IMG/VR virus record: IMGVR_UViG_3300010429_000409
Coordinates: 1-64,000 of that record
DNA length: 64,000 bases
Source of the DNA: a virus
Lineage: Duplodnaviria; Caudoviricetes
Reading direction: 5' to 3' (one strand)
Program-made: the position numbers and the translations under genes
Part shown: one piece after another, positions 55,596 to 64,000 of the stretch
How the letters are laid out: every line of letters starts with the position of its first letter
Position numbering within the stretch: the stretch's first letter is position 1
The notes under the pieces: generated by a model
What the model was told of the DNA's origin: nothing
Databases searched by the model: none
Seen by the model: only the letters and a program-made list of their open reading frames with translations

Positions 55596-57125
55596 TTACT
55601 GCGCCAGCACCACGCTGATGATCACATCTCCGGTCTTGACACCCTTGGCGAAGTCCACCATGATGTCGCCACTGGCCGGAGTGGTACCAGCATACACGTC
55701 GTTTTTGGTCGTGCCGTTGCCACCGTACAGCAGGCGCCCATTGAGGAACACCAGCTGCTCCACGGTTCCCGGGGTGTTCATGTCGATGGGATTGGCGCTG
55801 ATGTCCTGGATGGCCCCAGGGATGTTCACGCCTTGCCCGTAGTTGGAGCCCATGACGGACACCTTCAGCGACATGTCCGCCCCGCCGTGCTCGCCAGCGT
55901 ACTTGATGGCAGCAGCGATGGAGGCAAACGATTGGCCAAAGAGGTCCCCAACGGCCCCTGCGGTGGCATCATCGAGGGGCAGCGCCGTGTCCTGCCGGAC
56001 GGTGAGGAAGCTGACATCATCGGCAGCCACCAGCTCCAGGTCCGTGGAGGTGGCGTTCAGCTTCAGCGAAGCAGAATCCACCTGCCCGGCCGTCACGCCC
56101 ACGTTGATCAGCTGACCGGCCGAGTCCACCTTGATGCCATCAGCGAAGTCCACGTCACTGCTGTTCACGTCCAGCTTGTCCGTGTCCACCTTCAGCAGAT
56201 CGCCCGTGCTGTCGTTGCGAGTGACCGTGACCAGCGCAGAACCACCGGAGCCAGCCCTGAACACCCAGCTCTTGGTGTCGCTCAGGCGGATGTCCACGTC
56301 ATTCCCGTCCACGGTCATGAACTGGCCGCCATCGTATGCGGTGTCCAGCGACACCGTCACAGAGGCCAACGGGTCCAGGCTGTCGAGGTCGCCACGGAAT
56401 GCATCTTCCACGTGGTCATTCAGGCTGTCCCTGAAGGTGAAGGCCACCACGATGCTCTTGTTCTCGATGTCGGCCACGGGGCAGGCTTCCAGGTCATCGA
56501 AAGTGGCATTGGCCCGAACAAAGCTGATCTGGCCCTGGTCCGCTCCGCTGTCTGCGAAAGCATTGCCATCGGTGGCAGTGCTTCCAACCTGGAGCAGACC
56601 ATACACCGTCCGGCCGCTGGAGCTGATCTCTTCCCCCGTGGCGCCATCGAACAGCACCATCAGGTTCTTGGGCTTCAGCGGGTTGGAGCCGCTGATCTCG
56701 GTCAGGCTGTGGCTCCCGATGGCCCCAGCCAGCTGGGCCGTGGCTGCGCCCTTCTGGGCCAGGGCGATGGCGATGACCTTGTCGGGCTTCCCCGCTCCGG
56801 TCAGCGCCACCCAGTTCTGGGAGGCAGGCACGGACACATCGTTGATGTTCAGCCGGTACAGCAGGATGAGCTTGCCCTCCAGCGTTGCCCGGTTGTACAA
56901 CGCCTTCAAGCTGGCGTTGCCGCCATGGACATTGGCGATGTCATCGAACCAGTTGCCAGAATCGCCACCATGGATGATGCGCTTGAACTGGGACAATTCG
57001 CCCTTCAGGAAGTCCAAGCCGTCGATGGCCGATGACTCGATGGCCGCGATTGCCGCCGCATCCAGGGTGTCATCAGGGTTGTCGGTTTTCCGAACCTGCT
57101 CCAGCCTCAAAAGGGTGACTGACAT
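55596..57125 (-). CDS. probable abundant structural (decoration/fibre) protein
   Basis: 509 aa, A/D/G/T-rich; strong GC3 bias like the capsid and sheath genes; SLDTAYDGG and VFLNG.L motifs. Confidence 0.65.
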   Translation of the reverse strand: MSVTLLRLEQVRKTDNPDDTLDAAAIAAIESSAIDGLDFLKGELSQFKRIIHGGDSGNWFDDIANVHGGNASLKALYNRATLEGKLILLYRLNINDVSVPASQNWVALTGAGKPDKVIAIALAQKGAATAQLAGAIGSHSLTEISGSNPLKPKNLMVLFDGATGEEISSSGRTVYGLLQVGSTATDGNAFADSGADQGQISFVRANATFDDLEACPVADIENKSIVVAFTFRDSLNDHVEDAFRGDLDSLDPLASVTVSLDTAYDGGQFMTVDGNDVDIRLSDTKSWVFRAGSGGSALVTVTRNDSTGDLLKVDTDKLDVNSSDVDFADGIKVDSAGQLINVGVTAGQVDSASLKLNATSTDLELVAADDVSFLTVRQDTALPLDDATAGAVGDLFGQSFASIAAAIKYAGEHGGADMSLKVSVMGSNYGQGVNIPGAIQDISANPIDMNTPGTVEQLVFLNGRLLYGGNGTTKNDVYAGTTPASGDIMVDFAKGVKTGDVIISVVLAQ

Positions 57126-57140
57126 GTGTTCCTCCGTTCT

Positions 57141-57512
57141 TCAGTCATTTGTTCTGTCAAGCAAAGGATTGTACCTCTGCTTTCCCACCTTGCAGACCGC
57201 AAAACGCGCTGCCCTCTGGGCCAGGTGCACCATCAAGATGATCCTGGTTTCGTCGGCAACGCAGATCAATCTTTCCCCACCTTTGATCTTCCCATCTTCC
57301 GTTGGTTTGATGTACTCTGCCTGGAAGAATTGCTGGAGAAAACCTTGCGGCCTGGGCAGTGAGTATTGCACACCCTTCTGGGCAACAGTCAGCCCGGAAA
57401 TCTGCGCTTGAAATGCCGGGTCCTTGCAACACTCCAACCATGCCTTGGCCTCTTGCTCATCTTCCAAGTTGAACCGAAGGGTCATCCCATCTGCCTTGTG
57501 CACCTTCAACAT
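57141..57512 (-). CDS. hypothetical protein
   Basis: GAGGGG RBS before MLKVHK; in the operon. Confidence 0.6.
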   Translation of the reverse strand: MLKVHKADGMTLRFNLEDEQEAKAWLECCKDPAFQAQISGLTVAQKGVQYSLPRPQGFLQQFFQAEYIKPTEDGKIKGGERLICVADETRIILMVHLAQRAARFAVCKVGKQRYNPLLDRTND

Positions 57513-57572
57513 GTGGCCCCTCTTTGAGCAAGATGCCAAACAAGGTTGGCCTCAACGCGCCTCTTACTAGGC

Positions 57573-57953
57573 TCACGGTCCCTTGCGCCTGGTCCTGAAC
57601 CTGCCCAGCGTCTTGCGGGGAGGCTCTGGGGGTCTGTTGGGTGGCGTGTCCTCCATCGTGGAAGCCTCCTTCAGGTTCACACCAGCCACTTCGGGCTCCT
57701 TGGGCGCCTCGGGCGCGGGCTCCTTGGCAGCCACCTTCACTTGCTCCGATTCTACCCTGCTGATCACCACACGGCCAAGCAGATCACGCCGTTCCTTCCT
57801 GAAGGCTTCCCATTCTTCCTCCGTCAGCATCACTGTGGCCAACGGGTGGAAGTGGACCGAACCATTGCACGAACGGTCGGTCACGCCTTCAAAGCCCATC
57901 TGGAAGGGTCTGATGTCAGCTGGGAGTCGGATGGACACCCTGCCCATGGTCAC
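57573..57953 (-). CDS. hypothetical protein
   Basis: GTGA-coupled; Pro/Glu/Lys-rich tail. Confidence 0.6.
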   Translation of the reverse strand: MTMGRVSIRLPADIRPFQMGFEGVTDRSCNGSVHFHPLATVMLTEEEWEAFRKERRDLLGRVVISRVESEQVKVAAKEPAPEAPKEPEVAGVNLKEASTMEDTPPNRPPEPPRKTLGRFRTRRKGP

Positions 57954-58339
57954 ACCCCTTTCTTCTTGGGGGGTGCCTTCTTGGGCGCCTGAGCAGCAGG
58001 CTTGGTCGGAGCAGCAGGCTTTGCCACACCCTTGGCTTCCTGTGTGGGCTTCCCGGCCGGGATGGCAGGGGCATGCTCCTGCTTGAGCTTGGGCTGAACC
58101 TTCGGAGCCTCTGCCTTGGGCTCCACCTCGGGCTTGTCAGGCGCCTTGGGCGCCTCCACCTTGGGCACCGGAGCCTTCTGCTCAGGTTCCGGAAGCAGCT
58201 CAACCCTGAACATCGGATTGCCCTTGAACTGGGCAATCTCTTCCGCGCTGGACAGCAACACAGGCTGCCCCTTCTTGAACGTCCTGCCGTTCACGGCCAA
58301 CGACAAACACCCCAACAGTTCCACTTTCGCGCTTGCCAT
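57950..58339 (-). CDS. hypothetical capsid-associated protein
   Basis: Small N-domain plus P/A/K/E-rich tail; GGAGG RBS; first gene after the major capsid protein. Confidence 0.65.
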   Translation of the reverse strand: MASAKVELLGCLSLAVNGRTFKKGQPVLLSSAEEIAQFKGNPMFRVELLPEPEQKAPVPKVEAPKAPDKPEVEPKAEAPKVQPKLKQEHAPAIPAGKPTQEAKGVAKPAAPTKPAAQAPKKAPPKKKGV

Positions 58340-58376
58340 CTTGAGCCTCCAATCAATGGCATTTGGACTTGGAATC

Positions 58377-58419
58377 GAGAAATGGCTGCGAGGCCCATCA
58401 GAACCTCGCAGCCGTTCTC
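58377..58419 (-). terminator. hairpin terminator/stabiliser after the major capsid gene
   Basis: GGCTGCGAGG (58384-58393) pairs with CCTCGCAGCC (58404-58413), with extendable flanks, followed by ATTTCT on the minus strand. Confidence 0.65.
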
Positions 58420-58439
58420 ATTCCTTCATCGCCACGTCA

Positions 58440-59636
58440 TCAGCTGATGCTGGTGCCGATGTTCTTGCCCTTCACCACCGCATCCAGCTCCTCGAAGTTG
58501 AAGTCCAGCTTCACGGTGATGGCGTACTGGTTGACACCCTTGAAGATGTCCCGATCCTTCTCGATGCGGATGTCACGCCCGATGCCCACGATGTAGTTCT
58601 GCTGGTGGGTGAGCAGGATCTGCGGGTTGGAGGTGTAGGTCACCTTCACGGTGGCCCCATCCCCGATGGTCGAGCCGCTGCGCCGCTTGATCTTGCCGGT
58701 GGCGGCGGTCAGCTCATAGTCCGTGGATGCGCTGTAGGCGTCCAGCGGGGTGCCACTCAGGGTGGCCGGGGTGACCACCACGTTGCTCACCGGAGCGTAC
58801 AGCAGCTGGGTGTCGGTGGTGCCGTTCAGCACCACGTGCTCGGTGACCGGCGGCATCAGGTCCAGCAGGGGCAACTCCACCGGGGTGATGCCGAAGGGCT
58901 TGTGCATGGAACCACCAGCCGCCTCATCGCCCAGCACGGTGGTCCGGCTGGCCAGCTTCTCCAGATACAGCTGGTACACATCGCTGGAGAGATAGAACCG
59001 GAGATCACCCTTGTTGCGCCGGAACTTGGTGGGCAGCGCCCGCAGCATGGCGCTGAAGGTGCTCAGGCTGATGTTGGCCGCCAGCTGGTCCACCACGTGC
59101 GCGCCGTCCGCCAGCTTCATCCAGCCATTGGTCAGGGCCAGGTAGGTGTCCTTGACGTACTTGGTGGCGCTGCCGCCGTCCACCAGGTCGCCCTCCAGGA
59201 TGGCCGGGCCGAGGGTGTTGCCGTTGAGGCCCAGCTCCTCCATGTCGTTGGCCAGCTGCGTGGCCATCATCTTGATGATGTGGTCCTCCACGCTGGCACC
59301 CTCGATGTTCACGTCCATGAAGGTGTCGCTGATCTCGAACGGCACCATGACCTCCCTGGGCTGCAGGGTGATCTTGCTGGTGCTGATGCCCCTGCGCACG
59401 GAGGGGGCAGACGCCTCCGCCTTGGGCACCGCCACGCGCCGCCCGATGCCGATCTTGTCGATCTCCAGCTGCTCGTTGCGGAAGCGCACGATGCGGGCGT
59501 TGTTCTTCAGCACGGACTCGTCCACCACGTAGTCGATGAACTTGTCGGACTGGGCCGGGTTCAGCTTGCCTGCGGCCGCCAGCGCGTCCGTGGCGATGAT
59601 GGCCTTCTGGATCAGTTCCTGATTGGGAATGCTCAT
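58440..59636 (-). CDS. major capsid protein (HK97 fold, XkdG-like)
   Basis: G.LNP.QSDKFIDYV, IDKIG.G.R, NIEG...EDHI...A...ANDME.L..NG and DF.FEE.DAV; AGGAGG RBS before MSIPNQ. Confidence 0.93.
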   Translation of the reverse strand: MSIPNQELIQKAIIATDALAAAGKLNPAQSDKFIDYVVDESVLKNNARIVRFRNEQLEIDKIGIGRRVAVPKAEASAPSVRRGISTSKITLQPREVMVPFEISDTFMDVNIEGASVEDHIIKMMATQLANDMEELGLNGNTLGPAILEGDLVDGGSATKYVKDTYLALTNGWMKLADGAHVVDQLAANISLSTFSAMLRALPTKFRRNKGDLRFYLSSDVYQLYLEKLASRTTVLGDEAAGGSMHKPFGITPVELPLLDLMPPVTEHVVLNGTTDTQLLYAPVSNVVVTPATLSGTPLDAYSASTDYELTAATGKIKRRSGSTIGDGATVKVTYTSNPQILLTHQQNYIVGIGRDIRIEKDRDIFKGVNQYAITVKLDFNFEELDAVVKGKNIGTSIS

Positions 59637-59695
59637 CTGTTCCTCCTGTGGGTTTCTTTCGTCCCTGGGTTCTTTGGTCACGCCATCTGACACAG

Positions 59696-60562
59696 CTAGA
59701 TCACGCCGTGCCAAAAACTCTTCTGCACGTTCTTGTTCTTGTCGTCGGTGCCGCCACTCCCCTCGATGGACTGGGAAGGCACACGCGCCTTCTCAATCAC
59801 CTCCAACCGCCCCATCAGCGCGTCCAGATTCTTCTGGACAGCGGTGATCTGCTGCCGCAGCTCATCGGCCGAGGCATCGACCTTCGGAGCCTCCACCTTG
59901 GGCTCCGCCTCGGGCGCGGGCTTGGTCACATCCTCGGCCTTGGTCACGGACACAGGGGCAGGCCCGGCCGGAGGCTGGATGCCACTGGACAGGTCGGGCT
60001 TGAAGGCGCCGCCCATCTTGTCGTGAACTTCCTTCAGCACGTTGGTATCCACCTCGCCCAGCAGGTCCGCCAGGCTCAGAATCACATCCTTGAGCGCCTG
60101 GGTCCGGCTGCCGGTGAACACCTTGGCCTTGCGCAACTCCGCAAGAGTGCCGTTCACCTTGACATCGCCCTCCGGGGTGACGCTCATGGTGTAGGCATCC
60201 GTCTTGGCAACGGGCTCCGCCTCGGGCTTGGGAGCCTCGGGCGCGGGCTCCGGCTTGGCGTCGGGCACAGGCGCCTCGGGCTTGGGAGCCTCGGGCGCGG
60301 GCTCCGGCTTGGCCTCCACCTCGGGCTTGGTCACATCACCTTCCGGCTTGCCAGCCTCGGGCTCCGCCTTCTTCACAGCCTCTGGCGCCGTGGCCGCGCT
60401 CTTCACTTCCTTGGGAGCTGCCATGGGTTCCTCCTCCATTCGTTTGACGATCAAAAACTTGCGTTGAATTGCCGGTTTGTCAACCAGCGACACCTCATTG
60501 ACCTCCAGGTCAACGATGCGTCTCACACCCTTCATTTCCTCTTCACTCTTTTTTTGGCTCAT
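59696..60562 (-). CDS. capsid scaffold protein carrying an N-terminal protease-type EVSLVDKPA segment
   Basis: LEVNEVSLVDKPA..RKFLIVK, P/E/A/K-rich linker, KAKVFTG.R, coiled coil, ends KSFWHGVI; directly before the major capsid protein. Confidence 0.75.
   Translation of the reverse strand: MSQKKSEEEMKGVRRIVDLEVNEVSLVDKPAIQRKFLIVKRMEEEPMAAPKEVKSAATAPEAVKKAEPEAGKPEGDVTKPEVEAKPEPAPEAPKPEAPVPDAKPEPAPEAPKPEAEPVAKTDAYTMSVTPEGDVKVNGTLAELRKAKVFTGSRTQALKDVILSLADLLGEVDTNVLKEVHDKMGGAFKPDLSSGIQPPAGPAPVSVTKAEDVTKPAPEAEPKVEAPKVDASADELRQQITAVQKNLDALMGRLEVIEKARVPSQSIEGSGGTDDKNKNVQKSFWHGVI
60218..60313. repeat. exact 42-bp direct repeat in the scaffold (AKPEPAPEAPKPEA x2)
   Basis: 60218-60259 is identical to 60272-60313. 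Confidence 0.9.
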
Positions 60563-60604
60563 AGCAACTCCAGATTTTAGTCCAATGGGGTGGCCAAGGG
60601 AAAT

Positions 60605-61183
60605 TTACACCAATGTGGCCATCCCACCGATGCTGTATCCGGTGATCTCCCCTGCCTTGATTTTCTTCCACACACTCTCATCCAGCACTTTGACCACCAT
60701 GAGCCACGAACCCTTCTTGACCGGCTGGTCCTGCACGGTCATGTCAACCAGAGAAATGTAGCTTTGCGCCAGTTCAACTCCGATGTTCCCAAACAAGCGG
60801 TGCATCAAGCCCAGCTTGGTTTCACGATTATAGCTGGCCAGGAAGGCATGGGCAGCTTCCTCAATCACATCTGAGTTGATGGTGTCGTTTTGAGCATCCA
60901 CTTCATCTGGTTCTAAAACAACACCATAAACAAGCCGTTTTTCTGAATCAATCTTGGCAATAGCTACGTTGCATTTCACCTCCGCGTTGTAGCTCTTGGG
61001 TTGCACTTCGCCCTGGGAATCGTGAACGCTGTCCATGTTGACACCCTCTTGTTTCTTTGGCGCAGCACCCGCTGGTGCTTCGCTTTCAGACTTGGTCACC
61101 ACAACACGCACACGGTGCAACTGCGTCGCACGCTCCGTTTTGGAAATTGTGCGTCTTGGCAACCGTTCTCTTTTCATCACCAT
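60605..61183 (-). CDS. XkdF-like prohead serine protease
   Basis: KRLVYGVVLEPDEVDAQND, IEEAAH.F, MH, KKGSWL and VW.KIK.GEITGYSIGG. Confidence 0.88.
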   Translation of the reverse strand: MVMKRERLPRRTISKTERATQLHRVRVVVTKSESEAPAGAAPKKQEGVNMDSVHDSQGEVQPKSYNAEVKCNVAIAKIDSEKRLVYGVVLEPDEVDAQNDTINSDVIEEAAHAFLASYNRETKLGLMHRLFGNIGVELAQSYISLVDMTVQDQPVKKGSWLMVVKVLDESVWKKIKAGEITGYSIGGMATLV

Positions 61184-61194
61184 GGCGACACCCT

Positions 61195-62232
61195 TCAAAC
61201 CATGTCCACAGTACACCGACAATTGAGGTGGAATGGAGGCATGCTGAACCCCTCTGCCATCAGCGCATCGGAATCACTTGCCCCTGAATCCCCAGCCTTT
61301 GGCGAAATGTCCAACAGCTTTTCCGGATTCAACCACGGGTGGATGTCCGCCACGTCATCAGGCGTCTTGGCATCAACCTCTTCCTCCACAGCCTGAATCC
61401 CTTTTGAAACAGAGAATGTCTTTCCATCCATGTGCGAACACACCTCGCACGTCCGTTCATCAATCGGATTCACGATGACATACTGTTGGATGTTCAATTC
61501 TTCAAAGCTACGCAGTTGCCCCTGGACTCTGCTCACAGTCACCGCATTGTTCACAACGCCTTCCAGGTAGGATGACGCTGTGCCAACATACCCTTCAGGG
61601 CTCTCAACACGCTCCATGACCCGTTCCAGCTTTTCGCGCAGCTTGTCTCTGCCCATCTCGCCAGCGCCTCCGGCCTCAAGAACTTCTTTGGATGCGCCCC
61701 TGATGGCCCGCTGCACCCGGGTCCCATACAGATCGCCAATCCAAAAAGTCTCGTGCCTTCTCAGCGCCTCAATGGCCTTCTTGTCTTTCACGCCCAAAAC
61801 GGGTTTGGCTGTGGCTTTGGCCTTCTGCACATCTTCTTTTTCAGCAGCTGCTTCCTCCTGGTTGTACTGCAGACTGCGCTTCATCTTCCCCGAGGCTTTC
61901 TTGAACCCAGCATCCCGGGCCAGCTTGTAGGTTTGCTCAACCCCTTCCAAATAGGTGTCCAGCACTTCATCTGACCAATCGCCAAAGATGCCATCAACAA
62001 CTTCCATGATGTCGCCCAGGCTGGCATCCTTTTCAAACATCGGGAGGGTCTTATCAACAGCTTTTTTGACCCTGGCCATCCATGTGCCACGCATCAGCTT
62101 CCGCAGCCTGTTCTCAATCGCAGCAATCCTTGTGATCTCATCACTGCGCGCTGCCTTCAAGAGCAAGTCCTCAACACGCTCCAGGCGCTTGTAGATGGCA
62201 ACCTTGCTGCCGCTGTGGCCCTGGCAGGTCAT
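61195..62232 (-). CDS. head morphogenesis protein (Mu gpF/SPP1 gp7-like)
   Basis: DERTCEVC..MDG and PPFHLNCRC; follows the portal. Confidence 0.88.
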   Translation of the reverse strand: MTCQGHSGSKVAIYKRLERVEDLLLKAARSDEITRIAAIENRLRKLMRGTWMARVKKAVDKTLPMFEKDASLGDIMEVVDGIFGDWSDEVLDTYLEGVEQTYKLARDAGFKKASGKMKRSLQYNQEEAAAEKEDVQKAKATAKPVLGVKDKKAIEALRRHETFWIGDLYGTRVQRAIRGASKEVLEAGGAGEMGRDKLREKLERVMERVESPEGYVGTASSYLEGVVNNAVTVSRVQGQLRSFEELNIQQYVIVNPIDERTCEVCSHMDGKTFSVSKGIQAVEEEVDAKTPDDVADIHPWLNPEKLLDISPKAGDSGASDSDALMAEGFSMPPFHLNCRCTVDMV

Positions 62233-63935
62233 TTCTTCCCGCCCTCCGCCTCACCACCCGCTCCGCCTTCCAGCTCATTGATGAGGCCCAGACGCAAATC
62301 AATCAATCGCTGGACAGCATCAAATGGGTTGGTGATGGCATGCTTCATGGCGGTCACCTGTTGTCCAACCTCATTCGGCATGGCCATGTTCTTCACAGCC
62401 TCTGCCATGGTCATGGAGAATGGGATGTCCAACGGCACAGAGGCATCCATGGATGGGAGGTCCTGCCCCAAAACAGCTTCCAGGATCATCCTGGCTGTGC
62501 GCGGAGTCATGCCACCAGACCGCTCCGCACCTGACATGATGCTGATGAGGCTTGTGTTGTCCGTGACGTTGGGCGAATTGGACTTGTATTTGTGGTACAC
62601 GATGCCCATTTCAGGGAACAAGCGCCGATTCATCCAGGCATCAAACTCATCCCGCTCCGGAGCAAACACCTGCTCATCTGCTAGCACCCGGCTGGACTCA
62701 GCTGTTGCCCGGGTGTAGTCATCGCTCCGACCCACAAAGATTGGAGGCAGACGGAATGCCCGCCTGATCTTGTCTTGGTTGTTCTGCGAATACTGTTGGA
62801 ACAACGCATCCGTGTGCTGAAGCGCCACCAGCGGTTTGACATCGATCTTGACCTGGCCACCATCCTCGCCTTCATAGGATGATTCGCCCTCCAAGATCAA
62901 AAACTTGCTGTAATTGTCAGAGCCTTGGATCTGGCTTTCAACAAACTCCTTGATGCGGTCGATTGAAGCTTGGGTCAGCATCCCATTCGACACGGCAATC
63001 ATCATCGACGGGATGTTGTTGTTCTTGAACGTGGTGAAGTTGATTTCCTCGGATGCCCGATCACCAAAGATGGACAGCAGATTCCCGATGTACCTGGGGA
63101 CACCATATGGCGTCCTGGGAGCGTAGTTGCGAAAGTGCACCAGCTCAGTCGCACGCTTGGTCACATCCAAAGGCGCTTGCGCCAATTCGCCTGTGGTGCA
63201 ATCATACACCCTTGGGTCACCAAATTCCTTGTACCACCGCTTGGCACTGGAACCCACCCACCCAAGGCTTCTCAGCTGCGTCTGCTTGGATTGGACATAG
63301 CGCCGAAATCTCTTCCACGTTTTGACCTTGACCACCTTGATGGAACCATCCTGCTGCAGCTCCAGCAAGGGCACCTCAACCTCAAAAGGCTGTTCCTCCA
63401 CAGGTGTCAGGCGCACTTGATAGGATGGGACGTGATTCAACCCTTGGATTTTGCCATCCAACCCTCGGACAACTTCCATGCACCCATTCCCATTCAACTC
63501 CAAATCCTTCCTGATCTTCCTCCGGGTCATGGTGAAGCTGTCTTCAATTGATGCATATGCAAAAAAGTTTTCCAGCCGGATGCGCTCTTGATTCACTTCA
63601 TTCTTCAGCCCATCCGGAGGATTCTTGTCCATGTCAACACGCGGGATGAACCTGTGTCCAAACCCGTCAATGTTGATTTCCATGGCCTCGATGCACTGAT
63701 TCAACTCGGTGCTGTGCTCATTCAGCATCGACAACACAAGCAGATCAAACGGTGGCTCAACAATTTCACCCTTGGCCACCATCGCACCCAAATCATCTGT
63801 GGTGGAACCAGCCGGTTTGACCTCCCCGCCCTGCGCATCCTGTTTGGTGATTGGAAGCACCAACACACGGACACGGCCCATAGCCTTCTGGTTCCCGGTT
63901 GCCGCCTTCTTGTTTGCTTCGCCCAAGCCTTCCAT
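62229..63935 (-). CDS. portal protein (PBSX-type)
   Basis: VEPPFD, DLELNGN..MEV.R, ELVHF..Y.P..PYGVP, F.NN.IP, D..F..Y, FRLPP..VG...DY.RATA and VFAPE. Confidence 0.92.
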   Translation of the reverse strand: MEGLGEANKKAATGNQKAMGRVRVLVLPITKQDAQGGEVKPAGSTTDDLGAMVAKGEIVEPPFDLLVLSMLNEHSTELNQCIEAMEINIDGFGHRFIPRVDMDKNPPDGLKNEVNQERIRLENFFAYASIEDSFTMTRRKIRKDLELNGNGCMEVVRGLDGKIQGLNHVPSYQVRLTPVEEQPFEVEVPLLELQQDGSIKVVKVKTWKRFRRYVQSKQTQLRSLGWVGSSAKRWYKEFGDPRVYDCTTGELAQAPLDVTKRATELVHFRNYAPRTPYGVPRYIGNLLSIFGDRASEEINFTTFKNNNIPSMMIAVSNGMLTQASIDRIKEFVESQIQGSDNYSKFLILEGESSYEGEDGGQVKIDVKPLVALQHTDALFQQYSQNNQDKIRRAFRLPPIFVGRSDDYTRATAESSRVLADEQVFAPERDEFDAWMNRRLFPEMGIVYHKYKSNSPNVTDNTSLISIMSGAERSGGMTPRTARMILEAVLGQDLPSMDASVPLDIPFSMTMAEAVKNMAMPNEVGQQVTAMKHAITNPFDAVQRLIDLRLGLINELEGGAGGEAEGGKK

Positions 63936-63945
63936 GTGCCACCTC

Positions 63946-64000
63946 TCAGATCAATCCTGGCTCTTTTTCTCTGCGGCGCCGCTTCCCCTTGGATCTGGAA
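63946..64000 (-). CDS. 3' end of the upstream gene, probably terminase large subunit (partial)
   Basis: Frame SRSKGKRRRREKEPGLI-stop ends just before the portal RBS; identity is from position only. Confidence 0.3.
   Translation of the reverse strand, partial: SRSKGKRRRREKEPGLI

Noticed and set aside
60575-60600. CCTTGG(C/T)CACC..ATTGGA similarity with the spacer at 23442-23460 as a phage promoter motif
   Set aside because: Only two imperfect copies; I could not find it in other spacers by eye.

Overview
The window is 64 kb of a large tailed dsDNA bacteriophage (or prophage) with a contractile tail. Essentially every real gene is on the minus strand, and many are coupled by ATGA/GTGA/TGATG overlaps. 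In transcription order (right to left) it holds: (1) a head module with portal, MuF-like protein, XkdF-type prohead protease, scaffold, major capsid protein and about 10 accessory head genes; (2) neck, sheath, tube, tail chaperone with a -1 slippery site, tape measure, baseplate and fibres; (3) a lysis cassette with an M23 endolysin and several membrane proteins; (4) replication genes (SF2 helicase, HTH protein, putative initiator, DnaC-like loader, DnaB, primase); (5) a CobS/CobT-like AAA+/vWA pair with duplicated AT-rich upstream elements and a phage sigma factor; (6) a nucleotide-metabolism operon (FAD oxidoreductase, MazG/dUTPase-HAD fusion, divergent ThyX, class-III aminotransferase, dNMP kinase, MT-A70) running into DnaE, HU, a UvsY-like protein and an SSB. 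The most interesting candidates are a possibly undescribed base-modification pathway, a C-terminal K-x-F-W-x-G-[VI]-[IL] tag shared by the scaffold and two unrelated small proteins (candidate capsid cargo-loading signal), and a structured attenuator-like leader RNA in front of the replication genes. I saw no tRNA, rRNA, CRISPR array, integrase, reverse transcriptase or intein. All family calls come from motif recognition by eye; no database search was run and the host cannot be determined.
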